This document shows positions 24,219 through 35,905 of a DNA stretch of 64,000 nucleotides, one piece after another (position 1 is the first letter of the stretch; each line of letters begins with the position of its first letter). The translations under genes and the position numbers were made by a program. Source of the DNA: Histomonas meleagridis 2922-C6/04-290x (taxonomy: Eukaryota; Protista; Parabasalia); NCBI GenBank assembly GCA_020184695.1, contig JAANOX010000136.1, positions 209,611 to 273,610 on the forward strand, written 5' to 3'. The notes under the pieces are model-generated. The model ran no database searches and was not told the DNA's origin. It was given only the letters and a program-made list of their open reading frames with translations.

Positions 24219-27017
24219 ATGCTCTCAAAATTAGTGTCATTTTATTCCAGCAAAAATTTAATGAATATGAAATCAAAACACAAAATGGCGAGCTACCCCC
24301 TTTCTACAAAACTTATTGATATTGAAAATTTCATTCAAATCAAGAAAATAAATTCTTGCTGTTTTTTATATAAAGGTAAAGCAGATAGCAAAAAATATTT
24401 TTTTTATTTGATCAAAAAATTTCCAGATGATGAGTCATTCATAAAATATGTCGATAATATTTACCAATTATATCATCCTTGCATCCAGCCAATTGCTGGT
24501 TTCACAATTAAGCCAACACATTTTGTAGTTTTTCATTGCCAAAAAAATATTTTTGAAATTGTACAAAAATCTACACCATTAACACTTACACAAAAGCTAA
24601 TTATTGGCCTTGGAATTGCCTCTGCATTTGAATATTTATATTCACAAGATTTCACACGAATTGTATTATCTCCATATTCTATTTTTTTATCATCTGATTT
24701 CAAACCATTAGTATCACCAGTTGTTTGCGATAATTTCAAATCATTGATTGATTTATCTAATCCAGATATTCTCAAAATTAATTCCATTTTCGATCCACCA
24801 GAAAAAACTGAAACACGAAATCAAAATGCAAACTCTTATTCTTTAGGTGTTCTTTTTGTCTCCCTTCTCAATAACAAAATTTCCAAGCCTGGACCACAAA
24901 GCTCTTTTCCAATATTTTCTGATTTAATTTCAAGATGTTTATCCGTAAACGGTCAACGACCACTTTTTAGTGAAATTTGCGACACTTTTCGCGAAGAAAA
25001 TGGAAAACATATCACCACTGAAATTGATGATATTCATCACTATGAAACCTTTAAACAAAAGCTTCATTATTTTGAGCAGATGGACTACACTAACTATTAT
25101 GAAATGTCCAAGCATTTTAAACTCGGCGACATTGTACATAAAGACGAAGTTTTATCTGCATATTATATGCAATTAGCTTCAAAAAAGAGTAAAAAAGCTC
25201 AATTTTCATATGCTAAAATGATCTTAAATGGCATTGGAGTACCAAAAGACAAAGAAAAAGCCATTGATTTACTTAATTTATCATTAGAAAACGGATATGA
25301 AAAAGCACAAAAAGAACTTCAAAACATTGAGTTACGCGAGTCGACAAAAATCAGCATGAAGATACAAGAGATGTTATTAAATCTTAAATACAGTGATCTT
25401 CAAGCGACAGCTAACTATTTCCTTAACATTGATCCATTATATTTCTCAACAGTTGCATTTAATATATCTTCTTTTATACGAATTCGACCTGAATCATTTA
25501 ATACATTTATAGTATTAGTTATAACGTTGATCAAATCAAATAGTGAATTTGAAGACATGATATTAAATTCCATTTTCGAGAATAATTTAAATTCATTTAC
25601 AATAAGTTTCTTATATCAATTATATAAACGTAAACAACTTGAAATCCCAAAAATCCTTGATTATCTTGAATCATATTTTATTGAAGATTCGAAAGCGCTT
25701 TTATTTTTATATTGGTTTGGTCCTGAAATCAAGAAAGAAAACATTGATTTATATAATCAATTAGTCGAATCAAGTGAATTTGATGATTATAATGAATATC
25801 AAAATCGTAATAAAATTCATCCAACAGATCCTATTCTGAGGAAAATTCGAACCAATTCTAAACATGTTATTGAAACAATTGATAAAAACATATTAGAAAA
25901 AGGTAAAGTTAAGTTTGATCCATATGATCCTTATTCAGTAATGTTATCAGATCGATCTTATATCGAATATGCTGCATTTGTTGGATGTACTTCATTATTT
26001 TCATGTATTTCCAAAGATTATAAATATTCAACATCGATTATTGTTTATGCAACTTGTAGTGGTTCAGTTGAATTATTGGAATTCCTTAAAAGTAAAAAAT
26101 GTGATTTTTCAGGAACATTACAAATCGCTATTAAATTCCATCGTAATGAAGCATTTCAATATATATTAACAAATAATTTAGATAAAACATCAAAAGATTT
26201 AATATTAGATGCCGCAATATCTAATAACATATACTTCTTAATGAATTATGATTGTAATTATTCATCTATTGATGAAAATGGTAATAATGCATTACATTTA
26301 GCAGCTGAATTTGGAAGTTTAGATGTATTTCGTATAATAATTTCATCCAATAAATTAAATCCGAATTCGAAAAATAAAAATGGATTAACGCCAATGAGTA
26401 TTGCAATCGATAATAATCAACAAGATATAATATTTTGTTTAAATCAAATCGATATAAATGAAAATGCATTTGATGATGATAATGAAGATAATGAAAATGA
26501 TTCGAATGAAGAAAATGAACATGAAATTAATAATAATAAAATTAACAATAAAAAAGAAGAGGAAGAAGAAGATGAAGAAGAAGAAGAACAATTCGAATTA
26601 AAGCCACCGAAAAAGAATATTCGAATACAAAAGCCTTATTTAAGAGATCGATTACAAAACATTTTAACAAAGGAAAAATTCGAAGATGTAAAAAACAAAA
26701 AATTAAAAGGAGAATTGTTTAGTTTGATCGATACCTCTAAAAATAATAGTTTGCAAGTGAAAAATGAATACAATGAAATGATGATAGATGTAATTAATGA
26801 ATTGTTGGAAGAAAATGAAATCGAAAAATTCGATTATGATCAATACATAGAATACTTAAAGAATATTTTCAATTCGGATACGCAATATAAACAAAAGTTT
26901 CCCGAGGATTTGGTCCAAAAGACAAAAGATGCTATAGCTGATGAACAATTAGAAAAAATATTTAATTTCGCTGATCAAATTTTAAGTGACCAATTAATGC
27001 TAATGTTTGGTTTCTAA
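24219..27017 (+). CDS. Multidomain protein: kinase-like domain + SEL1-like repeat + DUF3447-like region + uninterrupted ankyrin repeats + acidic tail
   Basis: Intact 932-aa ORF. QLYHPCIQPIAGF and LTLTQKLIIGLGIASAFEYL (kinase-like, no HRD/DFG); AQFSYAKMILNGIGVPKDKEKAI (SEL1); YIEYAAFVG (DUF3447-like); NGNNALHLAAEFG...KNKNGLTPM (ankyrin, 34-aa period). Confidence 0.75.
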   Translation: MLSKLVSFYSSKNLMNMKSKHKMASYPLSTKLIDIENFIQIKKINSCCFLYKGKADSKKYFFYLIKKFPDDESFIKYVDNIYQLYHPCIQPIAGFTIKPTHFVVFHCQKNIFEIVQKSTPLTLTQKLIIGLGIASAFEYLYSQDFTRIVLSPYSIFLSSDFKPLVSPVVCDNFKSLIDLSNPDILKINSIFDPPEKTETRNQNANSYSLGVLFVSLLNNKISKPGPQSSFPIFSDLISRCLSVNGQRPLFSEICDTFREENGKHITTEIDDIHHYETFKQKLHYFEQMDYTNYYEMSKHFKLGDIVHKDEVLSAYYMQLASKKSKKAQFSYAKMILNGIGVPKDKEKAIDLLNLSLENGYEKAQKELQNIELRESTKISMKIQEMLLNLKYSDLQATANYFLNIDPLYFSTVAFNISSFIRIRPESFNTFIVLVITLIKSNSEFEDMILNSIFENNLNSFTISFLYQLYKRKQLEIPKILDYLESYFIEDSKALLFLYWFGPEIKKENIDLYNQLVESSEFDDYNEYQNRNKIHPTDPILRKIRTNSKHVIETIDKNILEKGKVKFDPYDPYSVMLSDRSYIEYAAFVGCTSLFSCISKDYKYSTSIIVYATCSGSVELLEFLKSKKCDFSGTLQIAIKFHRNEAFQYILTNNLDKTSKDLILDAAISNNIYFLMNYDCNYSSIDENGNNALHLAAEFGSLDVFRIIISSNKLNPNSKNKNGLTPMSIAIDNNQQDIIFCLNQIDINENAFDDDNEDNENDSNEENEHEINNNKINNKKEEEEEDEEEEEQFELKPPKKNIRIQKPYLRDRLQNILTKEKFEDVKNKKLKGELFSLIDTSKNNSLQVKNEYNEMMIDVINELLEENEIEKFDYDQYIEYLKNIFNSDTQYKQKFPEDLVQKTKDAIADEQLEKIFNFADQILSDQLMLMFGF

Positions 27018-27713
27018 TATTTAAATTAAATTATAAATAAAAATGTTTTATTTCTTTTAATATGAAGTTTTGGAAAAATTTTTGCATTTCATAAATGTTA
27101 CCAAAAACTGCCTTAAAATTTATTTTTTCAATTGAAAGAGAAATGTAATCATATTTTTAAATCCAATTTTAATAAAAGTTGTGCATTTGGTTTTACAAAC
27201 GAAGATAGCAACTTAAGCATGTGATTCATGAATAAAATGTATAAGTTTGAATTGAAGTCACTAAATTTGGAATTGTAGTATTGTGAAATATACATGAATA
27301 AAATGCAGTACTTCCAATTGAAGTAATATTTCCTTCAATAGCTGTTGCTAATTTTGAACATGAATTAAATGTTGATACAATTAAGCTTAATTGAACGTAC
27401 CTATTATAGATATAATTATATTATATGAATTGATTAAAAATATTCAATTTGAAAATAGTAAAAAGTTATAAATAATTGTAAATAAAAGTGAATAATAAAA
27501 GTTAATGAGTGCCTGAAGTTGATAAACATTGTTCTGTTTTAAAAAGGTAATTTCTTCGTTGAATGTAAACAATGTGTTGATTAATTTGAAATAGCTAAAT
27601 AAGCACGTTTTTGATTGTTATTTAAATACGAAAAAAATTTATAAAAGAAAATTATACATATCGAAAAATACAATCCGTTTATTGATTATATCGTTTAGTT
27701 ATTAATAAAAATT

Positions 27714-30700
27714 TTATATGTCATCGTCCATTGAATCATTTTCTTTGAAATCATCCGCAAATGGATCTTCTTTAACATTATCTAAGTTGGCAACAAAATT
27801 ATTCATAAATGTATTACTGATCGTTTTTTCATCGCTAACACTTTCAACATCATCACTCAGTTTTTTACTTCGAATACGAACAAGTATTACAGCAAGTATC
27901 GAAACGCCTATAATGACTGCTGCTGCAACACAAACTCCAATGATAATTTGATTGGTATTATTCGTGTCTTGATTTGGTTCATTGTCATTTTGATTTTGAA
28001 GAAGTGTATAAAAACCTGAATAATATGAAAAGTATGAAGAATATTCCATAAATATATATTCATAATAAATAAATTTAGTATTAATATAATAAGTCGATGA
28101 ACCAAACATAGAAAGTGTTAAAGTATCTATAAATGTAAGTTTATGCGTAATCGATTGTGTTAACGTTTGTGTGAAAATTATTGTGCGCATAAATGTTTCA
28201 CCAAATTTTAATGAAGCCGTAAATGATTTTGATTGAGTAAACGTATTGGATTGTGAAAATTTGTTCGATTTTGTAAATGTATTTGAATATGTATTTGATC
28301 CTGTGAATGTGTGTGTTGGCCACTGATATTGTTCACATTCGTCTGTTGGCGTTCCAAGTGATACTTCAAGTGTACCAAAACTTGGAGAACTATATAAATC
28401 TGATGTCATAACAGACTTCGCTTTTATACCAGAAAAAGCATTTGAATCAATAGATGGAGATTGATAACCCATAAAATATATACATGTGAGATTCTCACAA
28501 TTTTTAAATGCGTCATCTCTGATTACATTTACTTTTTCACCAATTATAAGTGTTTCCAAATTTGAACATGATTGAAATGAATAACTTCCAATCGAAGTGA
28601 CTGAATTTGGTATTGTAATATTTTTTAATGATGAACATAAAGAAAATGCATAATCTCCGATTGAAGTTACACTTTCACCAATTTTCACTGTTTCTAAACT
28701 TGAACATTGATAAAATGTATAAACTTGAATCAAAGTAATTAAATTGGATATTGTAATATTTGTTAATGATGTACATAATTGGAATGCAGTACTTCCAAGT
28801 GAAGTTACTGTATCTGGAATTACAATATTTTTTAATGATGAACATGATAGAAATACATGATTTTCAATCGAAGAAACTGATTTTGGAATTGTAATATTTG
28901 TCAACGATTCACAGTATTGAAATGCATAACATTTAATTGAATTTACATTTTCACCAATAATAATTAATTCTAATCCGCTACATGAACCAAATATATAAGA
29001 TTCAAGCGAAGTAACTAAATTTGGAATTGTGATACTTATTAATGCTGAACAATATTGAAATACAGAACTTCCAAGTGAAGTAACTGAATTTGGAATTGTA
29101 ATACTTGCTAATGATGAACATGATTGAAATGCAGAACTTCCAATTGTTGTAACTGTATCTGGAATTGTAATACTTGTTAACGATGAACATGATTGAAATG
29201 CAGAATTTCCAATTGAAGTAATATTTCCTTCAATAATAACTGTCTCTAAATTTTTACATGATTGAAATACAGAACTTTTAATTGAAGTAACTAAATTTGG
29301 AATTGTAATACTTGTTAATGATGAACATAATTGAAATGCATAATCACCAATTGTATAAACTGTATCTGGAATTGTAATACTTGTTAATAATGAGCATGAA
29401 TCAAATGAATGATCTCCTATTGTTGATACATTTCCACAAATGATCACTGTTTCTAATTTTAAACAATAACAAAATGTATAACTTTGAATTGAAGTGACTA
29501 AATTTGGAATTGTTATACTTGTTAATGAACATGAATAAAATGCAGAAATTCCAATTGAGGTAATGTTTCCTTCAATGATAACTGTTTCTAATCTTGAACA
29601 ATAATAAAATAAATAACTTTGAATTATTGTAACTAAATTTGGAATTGTTATACTTGTTAATGATGAACATTGATAAAATGCAGAAATTCCAATCGAAGTA
29701 ACTAAATTTGGAATTGTAATACTTTTTAATGATGAACATTGATAAAATACATAATTATCAAGTGTTGTAATTGAACTTGGAATTTCAAACGTCGTATTTG
29801 AAATTGCTGATGGATAACAAATAATTGTTGTCAAATTTTTATCATAAAAAACTCCATTACTTTCACTGCGATAATAATTATTTTCTTCTGATACATGAAT
29901 AAATTCAAGTTTCGTGCATCCTACGAAAATGCCTGATCCTATTGAAGTCACAGATTTTGGAATTGTAATACTTGTTAATGATGAGCATGATTGAAATGCA
30001 AAACTTTCAATTGAAGCCACTTTTTCACCAATAATAATTGATGTTAATTTTGAACATGAATTAAATGCATAACTTCCAATCATAGTAACTAAATTTGGAA
30101 TTGTAATACTTTTTAATGATGAACATTGATAAAATGCAGAACTTTGAATTGTTATAATTGTATTTGGAATTTCAAACGTAGTGCCTAAAATTGCTGATGG
30201 ATAACAAATAATTGATGTCAATTCTTTATTATAAAGTACTCCATTACTTTCACTGCGATAATAATTATTTTCTTCTGATACTTGAATATGTGAAAGTTTT
30301 GTACATCCAGCAAAAACACTTGCTCCAATTGAAGTAACAGATTTTGGAATTGTAATACTTGTTAATGATGAGCATGATTGAAATGTAAAACTTCCAATCG
30401 TTGTTACATTCTCACCTATTATAATGGATTTAATGTTAGAACAATAAGCAAAAGCAGAATTACCAATTGAAATAACTGAATCTCCAATTTCAACTGATAA
30501 TAATGATGTCCAGCTGCTAAAACTATTCGTAACTAATGTTTCAACACCTCCAATAATTATTAAGTGATCTGTTTGATCTTTATATGCATTTCTTCGTGAA
30601 TATTCATCCGAATTTGTGATAGTAAACGTTTCATTTGTCGAATCATATGTTTCATGTGTTTGAATAAAAAAGAAAACAATGAAAAATAGAACTATTTTTT

Positions 30701-30721
30701 TCTTATTTTTTGATATTTCAT
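27714..30721 (-). CDS. BspA: BspA-like TpLRR type-I membrane surface protein; 1-nt frameshift in an A-run just after the ATG
   Basis: More than 25 TpLRR repeats (LxSITIPxxVTxIGxxAFxxC), T/S stalk, TM helix IIIGVCVAAAVIIGVSILAVILV and cytosolic EDPFADDF. The frame of the listed ORF is open from 30755 with no upstream ATG. ATG 30721 (MKYQKIRKK) meets TAG at 30692-30694, while the -1 frame continues IVLFFIVFFFIQ (signal-peptide-like). Confidence 0.85.
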
Positions 30722-30755
30722 GAAAATTTTGTAAGGATAATTTTGTTGAATAAAG

Positions 30756-31166
30756 TTACAAATAAAACAAAATAAATTCATAAAGAAAAATAAATGACAA
30801 ATGTATCAAAAATATCCTGTTAATGTAAAACAATCCCATTTTACCTTCAAGTATTGTGAAAAAAGGTAATTTTGATAAAATATGGTTCGAAAAAATTTTG
30901 GTCTTTTGATGATTATTTTCTTTTGTATTTGAACAGAAATTATCATAAAAATTAGAAAGGCGTAGTCCTTTATAGTCATTTATTCTTTGCATTTTGTGAT
31001 GGTAAGGTTTATTTAAAATGATGTTTGAAGATGCTTGTATATCTTTGAAGTTCTTGCTTATAATATTCTCAAGAAATGCTGTTTGCATTGGCACATCTGA
31101 AGAATGATATAATAATATTGAATTCCCTAAAATTAGCAAAGAAACAAAGGACATAAGTGTGAACAT
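30756..31166 (-). CDS. Small hypothetical ORF with hydrophobic N- and C-termini
   Basis: 136-aa ORF with a signal-peptide-like start and no recognisable family. Confidence 0.25.
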   Translation of the reverse strand: MFTLMSFVSLLILGNSILLYHSSDVPMQTAFLENIISKNFKDIQASSNIILNKPYHHKMQRINDYKGLRLSNFYDNFCSNTKENNHQKTKIFSNHILSKLPFFTILEGKMGLFYINRIFLIHLSFIFLYEFILFYL

Positions 31167-32121
31167 CTCTAGAGAAATCCTGGCGGTTTGAGAAAAATAG
31201 TATTCAAATTTCCGATATTACCCACAATATTTCACTACGTTATTTGTTTTGGGTAATACATTCAATATAACCTCAAGTTGGACTGTAAAGTATTATTAAA
31301 TAAGGAAGGGAAAAAAGGAAGAAAAAAGAGGAATGTAATTACAATGAGTAAAAAAAAAAAAATCATAACAACCCAGCGCGAGCCGAATGCTTTTGAAATT
31401 GCAAAATTTTGAAATAATTTTATACTCATTATTCCATAATAAATTATTTTTGATTAAAAATATTGTCACTTTTGGAATTTTTTTGATGAAACAAGAAATT
31501 ATCTTGATATAAAGTTAATTAAAATCTTCGATAATTAGAATATCTTCATTACATATATGTTCAACATCATTTTTTCTCAATTTATTCGCAATATATGTAG
31601 TTATCAAAAGTGTTTTCTAATTTAATAATATATTTAACCAATTGAGTGGCGAAAATTATTTTAATTTAATTTGAAATCATTAAATATATCAATCATTTCT
31701 TTGCAACCAATTCTGGATGCCCATTCGATTGCTGTTTGAAAAAATTTATACAATTTTGAAATATTATATTAAAATACTAAATTATAGAAACAAATTATAT
31801 ATAAAATCATTAAATACCTTTAACATTAATATCAATTCCTTTTTGTTCAAGAAGTAATTTAATTATTTCTGTTCTACCATATTTCGATGCTATTATAAGT
31901 GCTGTTCTAAATAATTTAAATAATTTCCAAATATTGTTTTGTAATAGTAAATAAAACATATAAATATTACTTTTAGCGTTGATATCAATTCCTTCATGTT
32001 CAAGAAGTAATTTAACAATTTCAAAATTACCATTTTTTGATGCTAAAATAAGTGCTGTATAAATAATTTAAATAATTTACAAATATTATTTTGGAATATT
32101 AAATTATTAAAATATGTATTA

Positions 32122-33429
32122 TAGGGGGCGCAAAAAGTTCTGACCCCACCCCCGTTTTTTGAAGAATAAAAAAGATATATTTTTTTAATTAACTTTTATT
32201 TATGGAAGTACTCTCCTTGATTCTCAATCACCCATTCAAACCTTTTTATCCATGCTTCAAACACCATTTGAAGCTCTTCGAAAATGACACCGTCGAATAT
32301 GCGTATAATTTCATTTTTTGAATCTTCTTCTAAATTTATCTCCACACCCTTTAGGTTTTTTTTTGCCAATCCAAAGAACCAAAAATAGCATGGGCTTATA
32401 TCTTGTGAATAAGGTGGGTGAGGGATTTCATTAATTTTTTCTTCTTGAGTTTTGAGTAACAAGTGACCCATTATGAATTGGTGAGTTATCCATATGTATC
32501 TTTATGTTTTTTCAAATGTGGCTGCTTCTTGTCATAGTCAACATTTGCAAAAAATGTAAAATAATATAATCAATGAAGTATTGCTGATTAAATTTGCAAT
32601 TAGGATATAATGTATTAATACATAGCATTTTTGTCCCATTGAAGATAACTGTAATCATTGTTTCTTTGGATTGGATTTTCTAGATACTATCGATGGCACC
32701 TGATCACGTGATTCAGCATATATTTCTCTATATTCATATGCATAATAGAACCACGACTCGTCATCAGTCATAATTGTATTAGAAAAGTTTTTTCTGGCTT
32801 TGATCAATTTATCTAAAATTTCTTTGCAATACTCGACCCTTTTTTTTTATAGTTATCCGATAGCATATGAGGAATCCACCTTTTTCGATAATTTTTTAAA
32901 TCAAGGTCATTATTAATTAAAACAGATAAAATACAATTTGGTGAATTACCTAGTTATGCTGCAATATATTTTGAGAATAAAAATGGTTGTTCTTCAAGCA
33001 TTTCTCTGATTTGATCAATTATATTAATTTTAAGCCTTCCACTCCTTGGTAAATCATTACAACTTAGGTCACTTGAAGAAAATTTTTTACACCAGCGTTT
33101 GACACTTGAAAGTGAGATATTAGATTGAGGGAGAGCAGTACTTATTTCCCTATATTTTGATCGATATTCCATTCCTTGCAGAAAATAATATTTGACAACA
33201 ATTTTGAGCTCCGACTTTTCCATTAAATTTTGTGGTGGAAAAAGTGACGATTTTGAATGGGGAAAAAAATTCAATCACTTATATTTCAATATGTAAATAA
33301 AATTTTTAAAAAATATTTAAACATGCATTGAGTTTATACATTATAGTTTTTATTTATATATAATTTATTTTTCTAGATCAAAAGGATATCAAGAAAAGGG
33401 GGTGGGGTCAGGACTTTTTGCACCCCCTA
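32122..33429 (-). mobile_element. Mariner-family DNA transposon, 1308 bp, 32-bp TIRs, TA target duplication
   Basis: Left TIR 32122-32153 (TAGGGGGCGCAAAAAGTTCTGACCCCACCCCC) and right TIR 33398-33429 match at 30/32. TA flanks both ends (32120-32121, 33430-33431). Confidence 0.93.
32196..33274 (-). pseudogene. Mariner transposase, fragmented
   Basis: N-terminal HTH with DLPRSGR (D.PRSGRP motif), TDDESWFYY near 32750-32780 (first catalytic D), and HPPYSQDISPCYFWFF (HPPYSPDLAPSDF motif). Split by stops and frameshifts. Confidence 0.9.
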
Positions 33430-35905
33430 TATCTTTAGCATTTATATCAATTCCTTTATGTCCGAGAAGTAATTTAACAACATCTATTTGATTATTTTCA
33501 GTTGCTAAAATAAGTGCTGTTTTAAATAATTTATAAAAATCCCAAATATTATTTCAAAATATCATGTTATTAAAAGTAATATTATTGAAAATAATTAAAT
33601 ACCTTTAGCATTTATGTTCAAGAAGTATTTTAACTATTTTTATATGACCATTTATAGTTGCAAACATAAGTGCAGTTTGAAATGATTTTTATAATTTCCA
33701 AATTTTATTTTGTAATTTTATGATATTGAAATTAATATTAATATTAATAAATAAACATTGTTAGCATTAATATCAAATCCTCCTTGCTCAAGAAGTAATT
33801 TAAGTGCCTCAGAATGACCACGAAACAATGAAATCATAAATAACGTTTCAAATATTATTTTGAATTTATAAAACATTTAAATAAGTTTTAAATAAAATAA
33901 AAAAATGTTTTTGTTTACGACATCAATTCTTTCTTCTTCAAGAATAAATTTAATAAGTTCAATATTTTCGATCTTTAAAGTTGAAGTAATTAATATCTTT
34001 TTAAACTTATTTTCAAGAAAACATTTAACTAAAAATAAATTACTAATTACTAATGATTCATATATAACACCATTAACTTCCATTCCTTTATTTTTAATAA
34101 AAAATAATAACAATTCATAATTATAAGAAGAAATACATTTTCTTATTAACATATTAAAATTAGGAACTCCAAAAATTTTATTTTCATAAATATAATCAAA
34201 AATATCATTTCGATGAAATTCTATTACAATTTCAAGTGATTCCGAGAAAGACGAATGATGTTGTTCACACAAATGAATAATTTCAAGATTTCCACCAGCA
34301 ATTGCATATTTCCCAGTATTCACTAAGCGAGAATTATTTAAAATTAAATGTTTAAAACATTTAATTGAACCAAAAAATGCTGCATAGTCAATAAGTGTAA
34401 CACTATTTTTATTAACAAATGAACATCTTTCATAAAGTGATGGATGAATTAGTTGACTAAAATTAAAATTTTCTTGTGATGATACTTCTTGAAGTTTTTC
34501 TATATCATCATTTCGAATTTGGCAATTTCATTCGGATTATGTCCTTCTTCAATGAATTGCTAATGTAGTTTCCAATCATTCTTTGTTAGTTCTTCAAGAT
34601 TATCAGTTATCTCATCGTAAAATTGCTGGTTATTTAAAAAATTGATTTCGCTTTTGGTTTTATAATGTATAAAATATAATGTTTTTTTGTTCTTAACGAA
34701 ATCTTTATGTATCATATCGGCTATCTATCATCTTTTCAAGTAAGTAATTTGATTCTTGTGTATCTGAATTAAAAAGGAATTGTGCAAAAATATTGATAAT
34801 AGTTTGAGGAGGTTTATTATTTTCTTTTTGCTGTATAACTTTTATAAAATTTAAACATATGGTAAAATCAATTATCCTTGAAACAAAAGCTGAATAAATC
34901 AATTGACTAATGATCAGATTTATTGAATTTATGAAATTTTTATCAAACAAATTCAATATTATTAGGGTCGATTCAACCATATTTTTTTCGTTTAAATCGT
35001 GAATAATTTTTTGAGCATCTACAAATTTATTGAGACAATTTAATTGGCTTTCACTTAATTTGTATCCCATTTAAGACGTGTGACACTTTTTGTAATCAAC
35101 TGAAATTCTGATGATGTACTCACAATAGAATTAAATGAATGAAAAATCATCGTACTTATATTCAAAGGTGACCATTTTTTAATTTGGATTTTGCAACTTC
35201 TATGATAGAAAAAAACTAGAATTGGATGAAATTGACTGCAAAATCATTGACCATGTTGAAGATTTTGACTTTAATGATTTAAATCTTCCTATCAATGATA
35301 TACAAAAACAATTCATCATCACATTCTAAATCTTTTTGTAGTGAGTTTAAAGCAGTTGTTATATGTTTCGGGATTTTAATGATATTTTTCACAAGAATTT
35401 TCTTTTGCTCGCTTTTTATTCTGCGTAATGAATTCAAGATATCTTGAAGCTAAGTGACAGAATCCTGACCATGATTTCTATGAAATGCCTACTCTTCTCC
35501 TTTGGTTATATTGGATGCATTATTTTTTCATAATAGCTTCTTATCACATTTTTTATTCTTTTAATTTTTGAGTTGAAAATTTTAATACCATTTTACCACT
35601 ATTTGTTAGCGGCGCTTTTATTCTGTGTATAGTAACGCCAATATCCATTAGAGAAAATGAAGTTATATAAAATGCATTTAGTAATTTACAAAGTTATACA
35701 TCATATGAAAGTGCCATTCATGATATGGTTGAACTTCCATCAAATTATATGAAAATCATACAATGAAATATGATATAAAATATTCTATTTATCAAATTTT
35801 GATTCATATAAATTTATATTAATCAAATTTCATGTGTTAATGATAATGTATGAAAACAAACTGAATTTATAAAATGTTTATTTCAATATTTAAATATTAC
35901 CTCTT

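Larger units (their letters stand above)
31661..35070 (-). pseudogene. DUF3447 + ankyrin-array pseudogene (locus E) interrupted by a mariner element
   Basis: Fragments 34705..35070 and 33877..34323 are homologous to the paralogues. Frameshifts, a TAG at about 34560 and a 14-nt deletion in one ankyrin unit. Ankyrin first codons at 33676, 33520, 32058, 31905 and 31735; terminal TAA at 31661-31663. Confidence 0.8.
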
